Source of the DNA: a virus
Lineage: Duplodnaviria; Heunggongvirae; Uroviricota; Caudoviricetes
IMG/VR virus record: IMGVR_UViG_3300009702_000022
Coordinates: 64,001-76,460 of that record
DNA length: 12,460 nt
Direction: 5' to 3' (one strand)
The notes under the pieces were generated by a model. It saw nothing but the letters and a program-made list of their open reading frames with translations. It made no database searches and was not told where the DNA came from. Position 1 is the stretch's first letter, and each line of letters begins with the position of its first letter. Shown here piece after piece: positions 1 to 7,017 of this stretch. The position numbers were made by a program, and so were the translations under genes.

Positions 1-244
1 CATATTTCTTTGTCTTTTGGTTCTGATTTTTTAAGCTGTGTTGAATTTCTTTCAAAGCTTTCTTTGTGTTCATACTTTGATCCTTTCTTTCTTTTATCTT
101 AAAGGAATGGAATCTGGGGTTATCTTCCTGGAGGCCTTGAAATACTTGATACGCAAGATCAATCAGAGCCTCCTCTTTCTCTATTTTTTCACTCTGTTTC
201 TTCATTGCGTCTTTAACTTCTTTCAATGCTGTTTCTTTATTCAT
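1..244 (-). CDS. Hypothetical Lys/Glu-rich helical protein, runs off the window edge (not in the ORF track)
   Basis: Manual translation from ATG at 244, which overlaps the stop of 241..621 as ATGA: MNKETALKEVKDAMKKQSEKIEKEEALIDLAYQVFQGLQEDNPRFHSFKIKERKDQSMNTKKALKEIQHSLKNQNQKTKKY..., open to position 1. Confidence 0.75.
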   Translation of the reverse strand, partial: MNKETALKEVKDAMKKQSEKIEKEEALIDLAYQVFQGLQEDNPRFHSFKIKERKDQSMNTKKALKEIQHSLKNQNQKTKKY

Positions 245-621
245 TCGTTCCACCATAGGTCATAAAGTTTTAGATACTCTCGATACAAAAGAGCGTACGA
301 TCGCCCGAACGCCGGTCCATGATCGTCGGCTTCGTCTTTCACCCACGAATGCACATGGGCCATTTCGTGAATCATGTAGTCAATAATCATTCCCAATGGA
401 AGCCGTTCATCCAGGTGTATTTCAAATTGATGATCATCATCGCCCAGCATGTAGGCGGTATCATCCTCACCGTCATCTGGGATATGTTCAATGTAGACAA
501 GAATACTGGCGTCCTCCTTGCAAGGTTTCATAGCAACCCACCCCAGATTATGACAGAGCCAAGTGAAGAAAGATCGCTCTTCATCATTTATTAAGAGCCA
601 GGGTGTCAGACGCAGTTTCAA
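241..621 (-). CDS. SprT-like / zincin-fold zinc metallopeptidase (short form, no Zn ribbon)
   Basis: HEMAH (HExxH) followed by DDHGPAF (third His ligand, HGxxF pattern typical of SprT/YgjP-like zincins). Start probably TTG at 621, overlapping the stop of 618..959. The ORF track extends to 660 and the start is uncertain. Confidence 0.7.
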   Translation of the reverse strand: MKLRLTPWLLINDEERSFFTWLCHNLGWVAMKPCKEDASILVYIEHIPDDGEDDTAYMLGDDDHQFEIHLDERLPLGMIIDYMIHEMAHVHSWVKDEADDHGPAFGRSYALLYREYLKLYDLWWNE

Positions 622-959
622 ATCACTGTTAATTCTCGTGCATCCCACAAGGCATCCCATAATTGGTCACCATCATAAACCCGATCCTCGACATGTGCTC
701 GCATTTCTCGATCGAGCTGTTCAAAGCCCACGCGGGTTTTGGGAGACCGTCTTAGTCGTGCTAAGATAGATCCATCTGAGTTGTAATAATCTACCAACAC
801 AACGTTTACATTCGTGATGTTGATTTCTCCAGGGATATAATACTCAGGAGTGCTCCAGGTCTGAGGCTCACGCACCGGCTCCACGGTATCATAGTAGATT
901 TCCGTCTCGATATAGCGATTGCTCGCCTCATCTTCATAACTGTAGAGATAGTAGTTCAT
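618..959 (-). CDS. Hypothetical protein, 113 aa
   Basis: ORF with ATGA overlap to the upstream gene stop at 956-959; protein-like composition. Confidence 0.75.
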   Translation of the reverse strand: MNYYLYSYEDEASNRYIETEIYYDTVEPVREPQTWSTPEYYIPGEINITNVNVVLVDYYNSDGSILARLRRSPKTRVGFEQLDREMRAHVEDRVYDGDQLWDALWDARELTVI

Positions 960-1150
960 TGAAAGTTTCTCTCTCGAAGGTCGTCCGAATAATTGATTTT
1001 GACCCGGTTAATCATTGCCTTCCAAAGCCCAAGGCGATTATGAGGATCCAATCCCCGTTTGATAAGAATTTCTTTTACATACTCCCTCAGCTTGCCCTCT
1101 CCACTTGTATGAAGGATAACCTTACCGCATTCCAATTGGATTGAAGTCAT
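956..1150 (-). CDS. Hypothetical protein, 64 aa; first gene after promoter P1
   Basis: AAAGGGA purine tract upstream of ATG; directly downstream of promoter 1176-1203. Confidence 0.7.
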   Translation of the reverse strand: MTSIQLECGKVILHTSGEGKLREYVKEILIKRGLDPHNRLGLWKAMINRVKINYSDDLRERNFQ

Positions 1151-1175
1151 TATGTCTCATTCCCTTTCTATTTAA

Positions 1176-1203
1176 AGTATACGCTCAAAAAAATGTTTGT
1201 CAA
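1176..1203 (-). promoter_or_regulatory. sigma70-type promoter P1
   Basis: Minus strand TTGACA-16 bp-TATACT, preceded by AAATTAC and followed by TTAAATAG. The -35 overlaps the TGA stop of 1200..1427. Confidence 0.8.
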
Positions 1204-1427
1204 GTAATTTTCACATAATTTAATTCCCAACCTGGGAACTCTTCCGATACTGCACACTTGGCAATATCTTCTATCTCTACCAGGCTATCACTGTTTACTT
1301 CGATTTCGAGAGCGGCATGAGAACGTGGAGTAGCTAAATGTACACTGGAGAAGGAGTAGCCGGGCGTGTCGGCTTCCACTCGCTCAAATTTACCAAACCT
1401 TCGGGTCATGTCAAGAATTGCTAACAT
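1200..1427 (-). CDS. Hypothetical protein, 75 aa
   Basis: SD-like AGAAGGTGA 4 nt before ATG; start overlaps the end of 1411..1731. Confidence 0.7.
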   Translation of the reverse strand: MLAILDMTRRFGKFERVEADTPGYSFSSVHLATPRSHAALEIEVNSDSLVEIEDIAKCAVSEEFPGWELNYVKIT

Positions 1428-1731
1428 GTTTCACCTTCTTTCTCTTCTTTTTCTTAGGTGGCATTTTGTGACCATGTTCATCATAGTATTCGAGTGCCCC
1501 TATTGCAGTTTTGCGCTTACGATGAATCGAAATAATTCGCCAGCCCCAGTCCATCAGGACCATGGCCCAGTAAACGGTTGGGTATCCATTGTAGTCCCCG
1601 TTGCGCTTGTGTGTCCGCCCATACTTAATAGAGGACTCCTCTACTTTATAACGTCCACAGTGACTCTGTAAAACGAGGCGCTCAGATACCTGAGTATCTT
1701 GGCGCTTACAGCGTTGATACCAGACAATCAT
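1411..1731 (-). CDS. Hypothetical basic protein, 106 aa, with Lys-rich C-terminal tail
   Basis: Start reassigned to ATG 1731 (GGAG SD; ATGA overlap with the stop at 1728) rather than 1839. Ends PPKKKKRKKVKHVSNS. Confidence 0.7.
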   Translation of the reverse strand: MIVWYQRCKRQDTQVSERLVLQSHCGRYKVEESSIKYGRTHKRNGDYNGYPTVYWAMVLMDWGWRIISIHRKRKTAIGALEYYDEHGHKMPPKKKKRKKVKHVSNS

Positions 1732-2006
1732 GATGTCTCTCCGTGTCTTCGATGTTTCTCCATTAGGTTGTAGATGTATGGGATACCCTCGGCCAGTTCG
1801 GAAACTCGCTCCTCGGCCAGATCGGGGTCGCTTGTCCACAATACATAGATGATACGAGTAGCAAGGTCAAGGGCATCTTGGGGCACCTGGGTTAACTCAA
1901 AGTAATAACGATTCGGATCCTCTACGTCCAATTCCATGTGTCCCTTGCTGTCCATTCTAAGTTCCACTTGATGATTTCTAAATAGGTGATGAAATATAGT
2001 TGTCAT
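1728..2006 (-). CDS. Hypothetical protein, 92 aa
   Basis: Start reassigned to ATG 2006 (AGGGG SD; ATGA overlap with the stop at 2003). Confidence 0.7.
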   Translation of the reverse strand: MTTIFHHLFRNHQVELRMDSKGHMELDVEDPNRYYFELTQVPQDALDLATRIIYVLWTSDPDLAEERVSELAEGIPYIYNLMEKHRRHGETS

Positions 2007-2311
2007 CGTTCTGCCCCTACTGCAAGAACACAATACACCATGCAGAAATCATCTCCTTCAATAAAATGGGAGTTCTTCGGTACGATGAATTCGATTTCAC
2101 CTATGATGGCATCCATTACCGGGCCATACCCTTTTCCGTTTAAGTGGGAGAGGGCCCGAGCGGCCGCGACCGCCTTACTCTCGCCTGTGCCAATGACGAC
2201 TGTATCGAACTGGGCGAAATCACTCTCCACATACATCGCCTTGAACATATCAGGTGAATAAGGGCCATAGAATCGCAAGGCGAACTTTTTGAGTTTCTTA
2301 GCGGGTTTCAT
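2003..2311 (-). CDS. Hypothetical protein, 102 aa
   Basis: SD AAAGGA before ATG; coupled to the next gene. Confidence 0.75.
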   Translation of the reverse strand: MKPAKKLKKFALRFYGPYSPDMFKAMYVESDFAQFDTVVIGTGESKAVAAARALSHLNGKGYGPVMDAIIGEIEFIVPKNSHFIEGDDFCMVYCVLAVGAER

Positions 2312-2337
2312 ACTTTTCCTTTCGCGCTTAGTGTTTG

Positions 2338-2739
2338 TTAAGCCTCTTCTCGATGAAAGTTCTTTTCCTTTAACGCTTTGTTAAGCCGAGCCACTTCTGC
2401 AAGTAGCTTGTCACGCTTAGCCACAATGTTTTTTTTGTGATTGGCATAACCAGAGGCGATGTGCTTGATATCCAATTTTTTAACTTCGACCTTTTCATGG
2501 TCAACAAATGCCGCAATGTCTTGTGTGTTCCCGGTGAAATAACCGAAAATTTTATTTGTGTACGGTCCCTTCGGGACCATGGCTCGGTACACAGCCCGAT
2601 CCTCGCGCTCATCCTCATACATATCAAGAGCGATATCAACCAGTTCATGAACAGCGGCCCCTTGATCCCAGGTGAAAGCGGTCATATTTGTGTTGAGGAT
2701 TGCTTCAACGATTTCCGTTACTTGTTTCTTTGTAGCCAT
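2338..2739 (-). CDS. Hypothetical protein, 133 aa, with C-terminal basic coiled-coil-like segment; first gene after P2
   Basis: Strong SD AAAGGAG; C-terminus KKNIVAKRDKLLAEVARLNKALKEK has heptad character. Confidence 0.8.
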   Translation of the reverse strand: MATKKQVTEIVEAILNTNMTAFTWDQGAAVHELVDIALDMYEDEREDRAVYRAMVPKGPYTNKIFGYFTGNTQDIAAFVDHEKVEVKKLDIKHIASGYANHKKNIVAKRDKLLAEVARLNKALKEKNFHREEA

Positions 2740-2794
2740 TGCTATGCTCCTTTGTTTGTTTGTGTGTGTGTGTTGTTCCCTTGACTCTATTTAT

Positions 2795-2822
2795 ACTATA
2801 CCATCTTTTCCACGCCTGTCAA
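2795..2822 (-). promoter_or_regulatory. sigma70-type promoter P2 (leftward, extended -10)
   Basis: Minus strand TTGACA-16 bp-TATAGT, with TGG before the -10 and ATAAATAG after it. Confidence 0.8.
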
Positions 2823-2843
2823 ATTTTAATTTGTAAAAAACCC

Positions 2844-3064
2844 TGATACCAGATGAAATTCAATATGCTTGATACCGGATGCGTCCCTATAAGCCCTGAT
2901 ACCGGATGCGCTCTTATATGCTTGATACCAGATGAGAACCTAATATTTCGCGTGATTTTTCCAATTCTTACAACCGTTAAAGGCCTTGATACCGGACAAA
3001 TCCCTATATGCTTGATACCAGGTGAGAACCTAATATTCCGTGTGATTTCTCCAGCCCCTACAAC
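2844..3064. repeat. Iteron-like array: six YTGATACCRG direct repeats plus a 90-bp segmental duplication
   Basis: TGATACC starts at 2844, 2870, 2897, 2923, 2987 and 3013 (spacings 26, 27, 26, 64, 26). Segment 2897-2974 is duplicated imperfectly at 2987-3064. Confidence 0.9.
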
Positions 3065-3156
3065 TGCCACAATCGTCCTAACTGCCACAATCGTCATAAC
3101 CGCCATAATTCATACAAGCCGAGCAATCGTTACAAGCCGCACAATCGTTATAATAG
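3060..3156. repeat. Degenerate 9-bp tandem repeat (core AYAAYCG), 11 in-register units
   Basis: Cores at 3060, 3069, 3078, 3087, 3096, 3105, 3114, 3123, 3132, 3141 and 3150, an exact 9-bp period. Confidence 0.85.
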
Positions 3157-3185
3157 ATCGCTTTGAGAAAATTCCAAGATTTTAT

Positions 3186-3213
3186 TTGACTTGTGGCGCC
3201 ACTATGGTAGTAT
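3186..3213 (+). promoter_or_regulatory. sigma70-type promoter P3 (rightward, extended -10)
   Basis: TTGACT-16 bp-TAGTAT, with TGG before the -10 and TGAATAGTGAGGGA after it. Confidence 0.8.
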
Positions 3214-3244
3214 TGAATAGTGAGGGAATGGAAAAGGGGTTATC

Positions 3245-3796
3245 ATGCACAAACAAGAGAGTAAAGTGGCGCGGGCGGAAGGGTCCGCTATTATGACGAA
3301 TTCAGAAATACGCGAATGGATTAAATTCGCGTGTGACTGTAATGGTTGCCCCGAGATAGCAGATAGAATCGAAACTCGATGGTCAAAACGTATGACCTGC
3401 GCAATGGGGCTTGCCGAGAGGGAACGGGGCGGGCGTTGGAGCATTGCGTTATCGGTCGGTCTATTCGGCAACGCCACGCCGGAAGAACGATACAATACTA
3501 TCGTTCATGAATCTTGCCATTGCATTCGCGATTTTAAGGAGGGCACAATGCAATCTGTAGACGAGGGGCATGATTCAAAATGGGCGAAACTAATGTGTGC
3601 GTGTGGCGTGAAACCAGCGCGGTATCATCACGTTAGCCAAAAGGGGTTGATTAAACGGTACGTTTACGTGTGCCCTAACAACTGCTATGAATTCAAGTTG
3701 TCTACTCGCATGCATAACGAAATCCAGCGAGGGCGATGTAGAATATGTCGCAAGTGCAAGGGGCGCTTGCAATGGACGGGTGAAATCGAAAAGTGA
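3245..3796 (+). CDS. sprT: SprT-family zinc metalloprotease with C-terminal zinc ribbon
   Basis: TIVHESCH (HExxH), GHDSKW third ligand, then YVCPNNC...CRICRKCKGRL zinc ribbon: the domain order of bacterial SprT. SD AAAAGGGG. Confidence 0.85.
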   Translation: MHKQESKVARAEGSAIMTNSEIREWIKFACDCNGCPEIADRIETRWSKRMTCAMGLAERERGGRWSIALSVGLFGNATPEERYNTIVHESCHCIRDFKEGTMQSVDEGHDSKWAKLMCACGVKPARYHHVSQKGLIKRYVYVCPNNCYEFKLSTRMHNEIQRGRCRICRKCKGRLQWTGEIEK

Positions 3797-3803
3797 GGGT
3801 AAA

Positions 3804-4046
3804 ATGGGTAATTCAGTTGTCAAGCTTTATGTGCTTTGGTTCGCTCCTGAGGAGGGTAACTGGAAACACGGGTGGAAGGAATATTACTTTCATACGCCCC
3901 GTGAGGCTTGGGAGTTCTGCCGCAAATATACTGACGGGAATAAACATCCGGAAGAGAGGGCTTGTATCGAATTAGCCGAATTGAGCGTTGATAGGGCTGA
4001 AGTAGTTCGTGACGGTCGTATGGTTTGTGAGTCTCGTGACATTTAA
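3804..4046 (+). CDS. Hypothetical protein, 80 aa
   Basis: Start reassigned to ATG 3804 (GAGGG SD just after the SprT stop). Confidence 0.7.
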   Translation: MGNSVVKLYVLWFAPEEGNWKHGWKEYYFHTPREAWEFCRKYTDGNKHPEERACIELAELSVDRAEVVRDGRMVCESRDI

Positions 4047-4059
4047 GAGGAGTGTAACG

Positions 4060-4542
4060 ATGGCAGCGATTTATCAAGCTGATGTGTGGTGTGACGGTTG
4101 TGCCGAAGAAATTAAGAATCGGCTCTTTGCGGAAGATCCGAAAAAATCGACCTATGACAACCGTAGGGAGTGGGAATCCGATAAGGGTTATGACGATGAA
4201 CGCCTTTACGATAGTGATGACTATCCAAAGTATTGTATCGATTATGAGGAGTCCGACACCCCTGAGCATTGTGCGGCTGGTTCGGGTTGTGTAAACGCCG
4301 AGGATGTTGCGGGATTCGGCAAGGTCGGCTACTTCTTCGGTAATGACCTTACTGAGGAAGGTGAGGAGTATGTAAAAGAGGCCGTTCGTGATGGTGGTCC
4401 GGTTGCTGAACTCTGGAAGGAGTTTTACGATTACCTTGATTACCTTGATGATGACGATGATGACGATGATGACGAATACGTCAATTATGACGGGGTTGAG
4501 GGTTGCAGTGGTGGTGGATATGACTTACCTTTTACCGATTAG
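4060..4542 (+). CDS. Highly acidic hypothetical protein, 160 aa, with CxxC/HC motifs and a poly-Asp tract
   Basis: Start ATG 4060 (SD AAGAGGAG). 48/160 residues are D/E by hand count; CDGC, EHCAAGSGC and a run of nine Asp. Confidence 0.85.
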   Translation: MAAIYQADVWCDGCAEEIKNRLFAEDPKKSTYDNRREWESDKGYDDERLYDSDDYPKYCIDYEESDTPEHCAAGSGCVNAEDVAGFGKVGYFFGNDLTEEGEEYVKEAVRDGGPVAELWKEFYDYLDYLDDDDDDDDDEYVNYDGVEGCSGGGYDLPFTD

Positions 4543-4553
4543 AGAGGTTTAGA

Positions 4554-4916
4554 ATGAGTATTCCAGTTAATTCGATTGAGATTCCAAGACGGTTTGTGTG
4601 GGTTGCAAGAGATTGGTATGATAGTATGAATGATATGCTTTATGCCATTAGTAGCTCCGGGGGGCTTACATTAGGAACAATCCGACCCCCGGGGTGCGAT
4701 TCTGACGAAGAGTGGTATTATTCGCTTTGGTGCGAACTATCGGTTGATTTGGCTCATGCACGTCTTCACGCTGAAAGAGGTTACAACTTTTGTAAAGGTT
4801 ATGACGATGGTGACGGTAAGGGGCATGATTCTGATTATCCGATTTTGTGCGAATTTGAAGATTGGGTTAATAAACAATGTGAACTATTGGCCGAGGCATA
4901 CGGCTTAGAGGGGTAA
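4554..4916 (+). CDS. Hypothetical protein, 120 aa
   Basis: SD AGAGG; in operon context. Confidence 0.8.
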   Translation: MSIPVNSIEIPRRFVWVARDWYDSMNDMLYAISSSGGLTLGTIRPPGCDSDEEWYYSLWCELSVDLAHARLHAERGYNFCKGYDDGDGKGHDSDYPILCEFEDWVNKQCELLAEAYGLEG

Positions 4917-4918
4917 AA

Positions 4919-5200
4919 ATGAATAAGCTGGAAAGTGCAATTAGGGCATTTGTTAGGCGTGAAGCAAATGTACGGAATAGTCAAGTCCCCGTGATTGAAG
5001 TGGAAGAGGAGGGGCACGCCCCCATAGTAATCGGAACGCAAGGGGGTTGGTTCACGCGCGGAGGGGCCCGTATCGCCCACCCTACGGCATACGCTAAGGT
5101 AGGGTGGTCCAATATGGAATATTGGGGTGATGATCGCTATATCCTAGTAGGGGCCCGATGGATTGAAAATCAGTTAGCTGGTCTTGTTAAGGGGGCTTGA
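4919..5200 (+). CDS. Hypothetical protein, 93 aa
   Basis: Starts 2 nt after the previous stop, with GAGGGG SD; the stop abuts the P4 upstream element. Confidence 0.75.
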   Translation: MNKLESAIRAFVRREANVRNSQVPVIEVEEEGHAPIVIGTQGGWFTRGGARIAHPTAYAKVGWSNMEYWGDDRYILVGARWIENQLAGLVKGA

Positions 5201-5209
5201 AAATTTTAC

Positions 5210-5237
5210 TTGACATTGCCACAAAATATGGTAGTGT
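5210..5237 (+). promoter_or_regulatory. sigma70-type promoter P4
   Basis: AAATTTTAC-TTGACA-16 bp-(TGG)TAGTGT-TTAAGTAG. Confidence 0.8.
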
Positions 5238-5259
5238 TTAAGTAGGAGAGAACAAAACA

Positions 5260-5523
5260 ATGTTTGAAGTGTTGAAAACGGCCCGCGCCGACAAAGTAGC
5301 ATTGCCATATGTTCGAATCTACAAACATATGGAACCTTACTCTAGTTGGGACTATAAAGTCCACCTGCAATGGGTTTCGGAGTTAACCGGGTTGGACTTA
5401 CCTACCCTGATTAAACTGGTTGATAGGGGTTATCAGGTTTTTACTGATGAGGAGGTTTCGGTGGTTTGGTTGGTTTCTAACGATTACTACAAGAGTTTGG
5501 CTCGATTGATTTGGGAGGGATAA
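5260..5523 (+). CDS. Hypothetical protein, 87 aa
   Basis: AGGAGAG SD after P4. Confidence 0.75.
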   Translation: MFEVLKTARADKVALPYVRIYKHMEPYSSWDYKVHLQWVSELTGLDLPTLIKLVDRGYQVFTDEEVSVVWLVSNDYYKSLARLIWEG

Positions 5524-5524
5524 G

Positions 5525-6277
5525 ATGGAATTGCAACGTACATTGGACGGGGAACTTGTTCCGACAGCGGCGCATCGTGACGATATTGTCGAAACTGAGG
5601 ACGGCGCGACAATGCGGTTTGGGGATGTTGAGTTTACCGATTGTCGCGGCAAGTTGTATTCTACGGAAGAGGCGCGGGATGAGGCTGATATCGATATTGT
5701 AACCGAGATACTTGATTCCCAAGATGAGTGGATTAGCGATTATGTCGCCAGTGACGATTATGGCAATGACTATTGCTTTGTGGCTTGGGAAGATATTCGG
5801 GAGTGTAAGAAGAATGTCGGCGAGTGGCTTTATAACACCTACAGCGACGATGACTATTATTCGGATCGTTCCTGTTTCGAGGAGCATGTGGAAAAGGCGC
5901 TTATCGATAATATTATTGATGCGTTGGATGAATTCGATCTTGAACCTTTTTATCATCCTGTCGAATATGCTCCTTACACTGGAAAAGGGTGTTGTGTGGG
6001 TTCCATCGAAATAGGGGAATATGAAGAGCAATTTGAGGTTAACTATTATGACGAATTTAAGGCTCTTGCGGCTGATGGCCGTTTGAGGGATTGTTTGAAC
6101 AAGTACGATGGCAACCTTTGTGTCAACGTTGGAGACCGTGACTTAACGGGGAAGTATCCCTGTTTTTACGGTTATTCCTATGGACACGGACGTTGGCATT
6201 ATGTGTACAGTGACGAAAGTATGGAAGCGGCATTGTGTGAGGCGATGATCGCCTATTGCAGACATACCGACAAGTGA
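5525..6277 (+). CDS. Acidic hypothetical protein, 250 aa
   Basis: Long ORF, GGAGGG SD, D/E/Y-rich. Confidence 0.85.
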   Translation: MELQRTLDGELVPTAAHRDDIVETEDGATMRFGDVEFTDCRGKLYSTEEARDEADIDIVTEILDSQDEWISDYVASDDYGNDYCFVAWEDIRECKKNVGEWLYNTYSDDDYYSDRSCFEEHVEKALIDNIIDALDEFDLEPFYHPVEYAPYTGKGCCVGSIEIGEYEEQFEVNYYDEFKALAADGRLRDCLNKYDGNLCVNVGDRDLTGKYPCFYGYSYGHGRWHYVYSDESMEAALCEAMIAYCRHTDK

Positions 6278-6290
6278 AAAGGGGATTATT

Positions 6291-6998
6291 ATGGCGATTG
6301 AACGAAGAGTACGGATTGTTCAGGATACATTTGCTGATAACCCTCGCGAGGCTTATGGCTGTTTGGCCGGGCGTATGATATGTTGGCATCGTCGGTATAG
6401 AATCGGCGACAAGCATGATTATGATCCTGATACGTTTATGCTTGAACTGGTTTATGAGCATGATTCCGATGTTGCCGATGAAATTGATCGACTCGAACAT
6501 GAGGTTTCGAACAAGTTGTGGGATCGTGCGGAAAAGGAGGGCTGTGAGGGTTGGGTAGAAAAGGACAATTACGTGGAAGAATGGGTTCGACCCAAAATTA
6601 ACGGTTTGATAGAACGTACGATTCGTGAGGGATATGTCGTTCTACCCGTGTTCATGTACGAACACTCCGGTATTGTGCTTTCAACGGGTCCGTTCGGTTC
6701 CTCTTGGGATTCTGGTCAAATCGGTTGGATTGTTTGCGACAAGAAAACCATTGATAGGGAATTCAACGGAGATAGGGCGATTGCCGAAAAGTCCCTCCGT
6801 GACGAGGTTAAGACTTATTCCGCTTACGTTAGCGGTGACGTTTGGGGACTTATTGCGGAAACTCGCGACCCGGACGAAAGTGATGAATGGGAAGATTGTG
6901 ATAGTTGTTTTGGGTTCTACGGATATGACGATGCCGTAACTTCTATCGCTTCCACCTTTGGGCCTGATTTTAAGGACTGTGAGATAGGCAACGATTAA
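6291..6998 (+). CDS. Hypothetical protein, 235 aa, with YEHSG...PF...WDSGQIG motif (family recurring in phages/conjugative elements; function unknown)
   Basis: Motifs LPVFMYEHSG, WDSGQIGWI, EVKTYSAYVSGDVWG and DSCFGFYG resemble a mobile-element family I recall, without a database check. SD AAAGGGG. Confidence 0.8.
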   Translation: MAIERRVRIVQDTFADNPREAYGCLAGRMICWHRRYRIGDKHDYDPDTFMLELVYEHDSDVADEIDRLEHEVSNKLWDRAEKEGCEGWVEKDNYVEEWVRPKINGLIERTIREGYVVLPVFMYEHSGIVLSTGPFGSSWDSGQIGWIVCDKKTIDREFNGDRAIAEKSLRDEVKTYSAYVSGDVWGLIAETRDPDESDEWEDCDSCFGFYGYDDAVTSIASTFGPDFKDCEIGND

Positions 6999-7017
6999 AT
7001 AGAAAGAGAGGATTGTA

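Noticed and set aside
2844-3064. Possible mini-CRISPR array
   Set aside because: The conserved part is only about 10-18 bp, the intervening sequences are 8-16 bp and partly duplicated rather than unique, and there is no cas gene in the window.
3078-3080. In-frame TAG within the Cys-triplet reading, suggesting stop-codon recoding
   Set aside because: TAG ends several well-supported genes (4542, 7317, 7525, 8715, 10907, 11341, 11513) just before a new SD-led gene, promoter or hairpin, so the standard code fits.
2819-3296. ORFs 2853..3296 (+) and 2819..3106 (-) with repeated peptides
   Set aside because: They are translations of the TGATACC and 9-bp DNA repeats, lack an SD, and run across or against promoters P2 and P3.
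6581-6595. GGTTCGA resembling a tRNA T-loop
   Set aside because: It lies inside a CDS, and no cloverleaf can be built around it.
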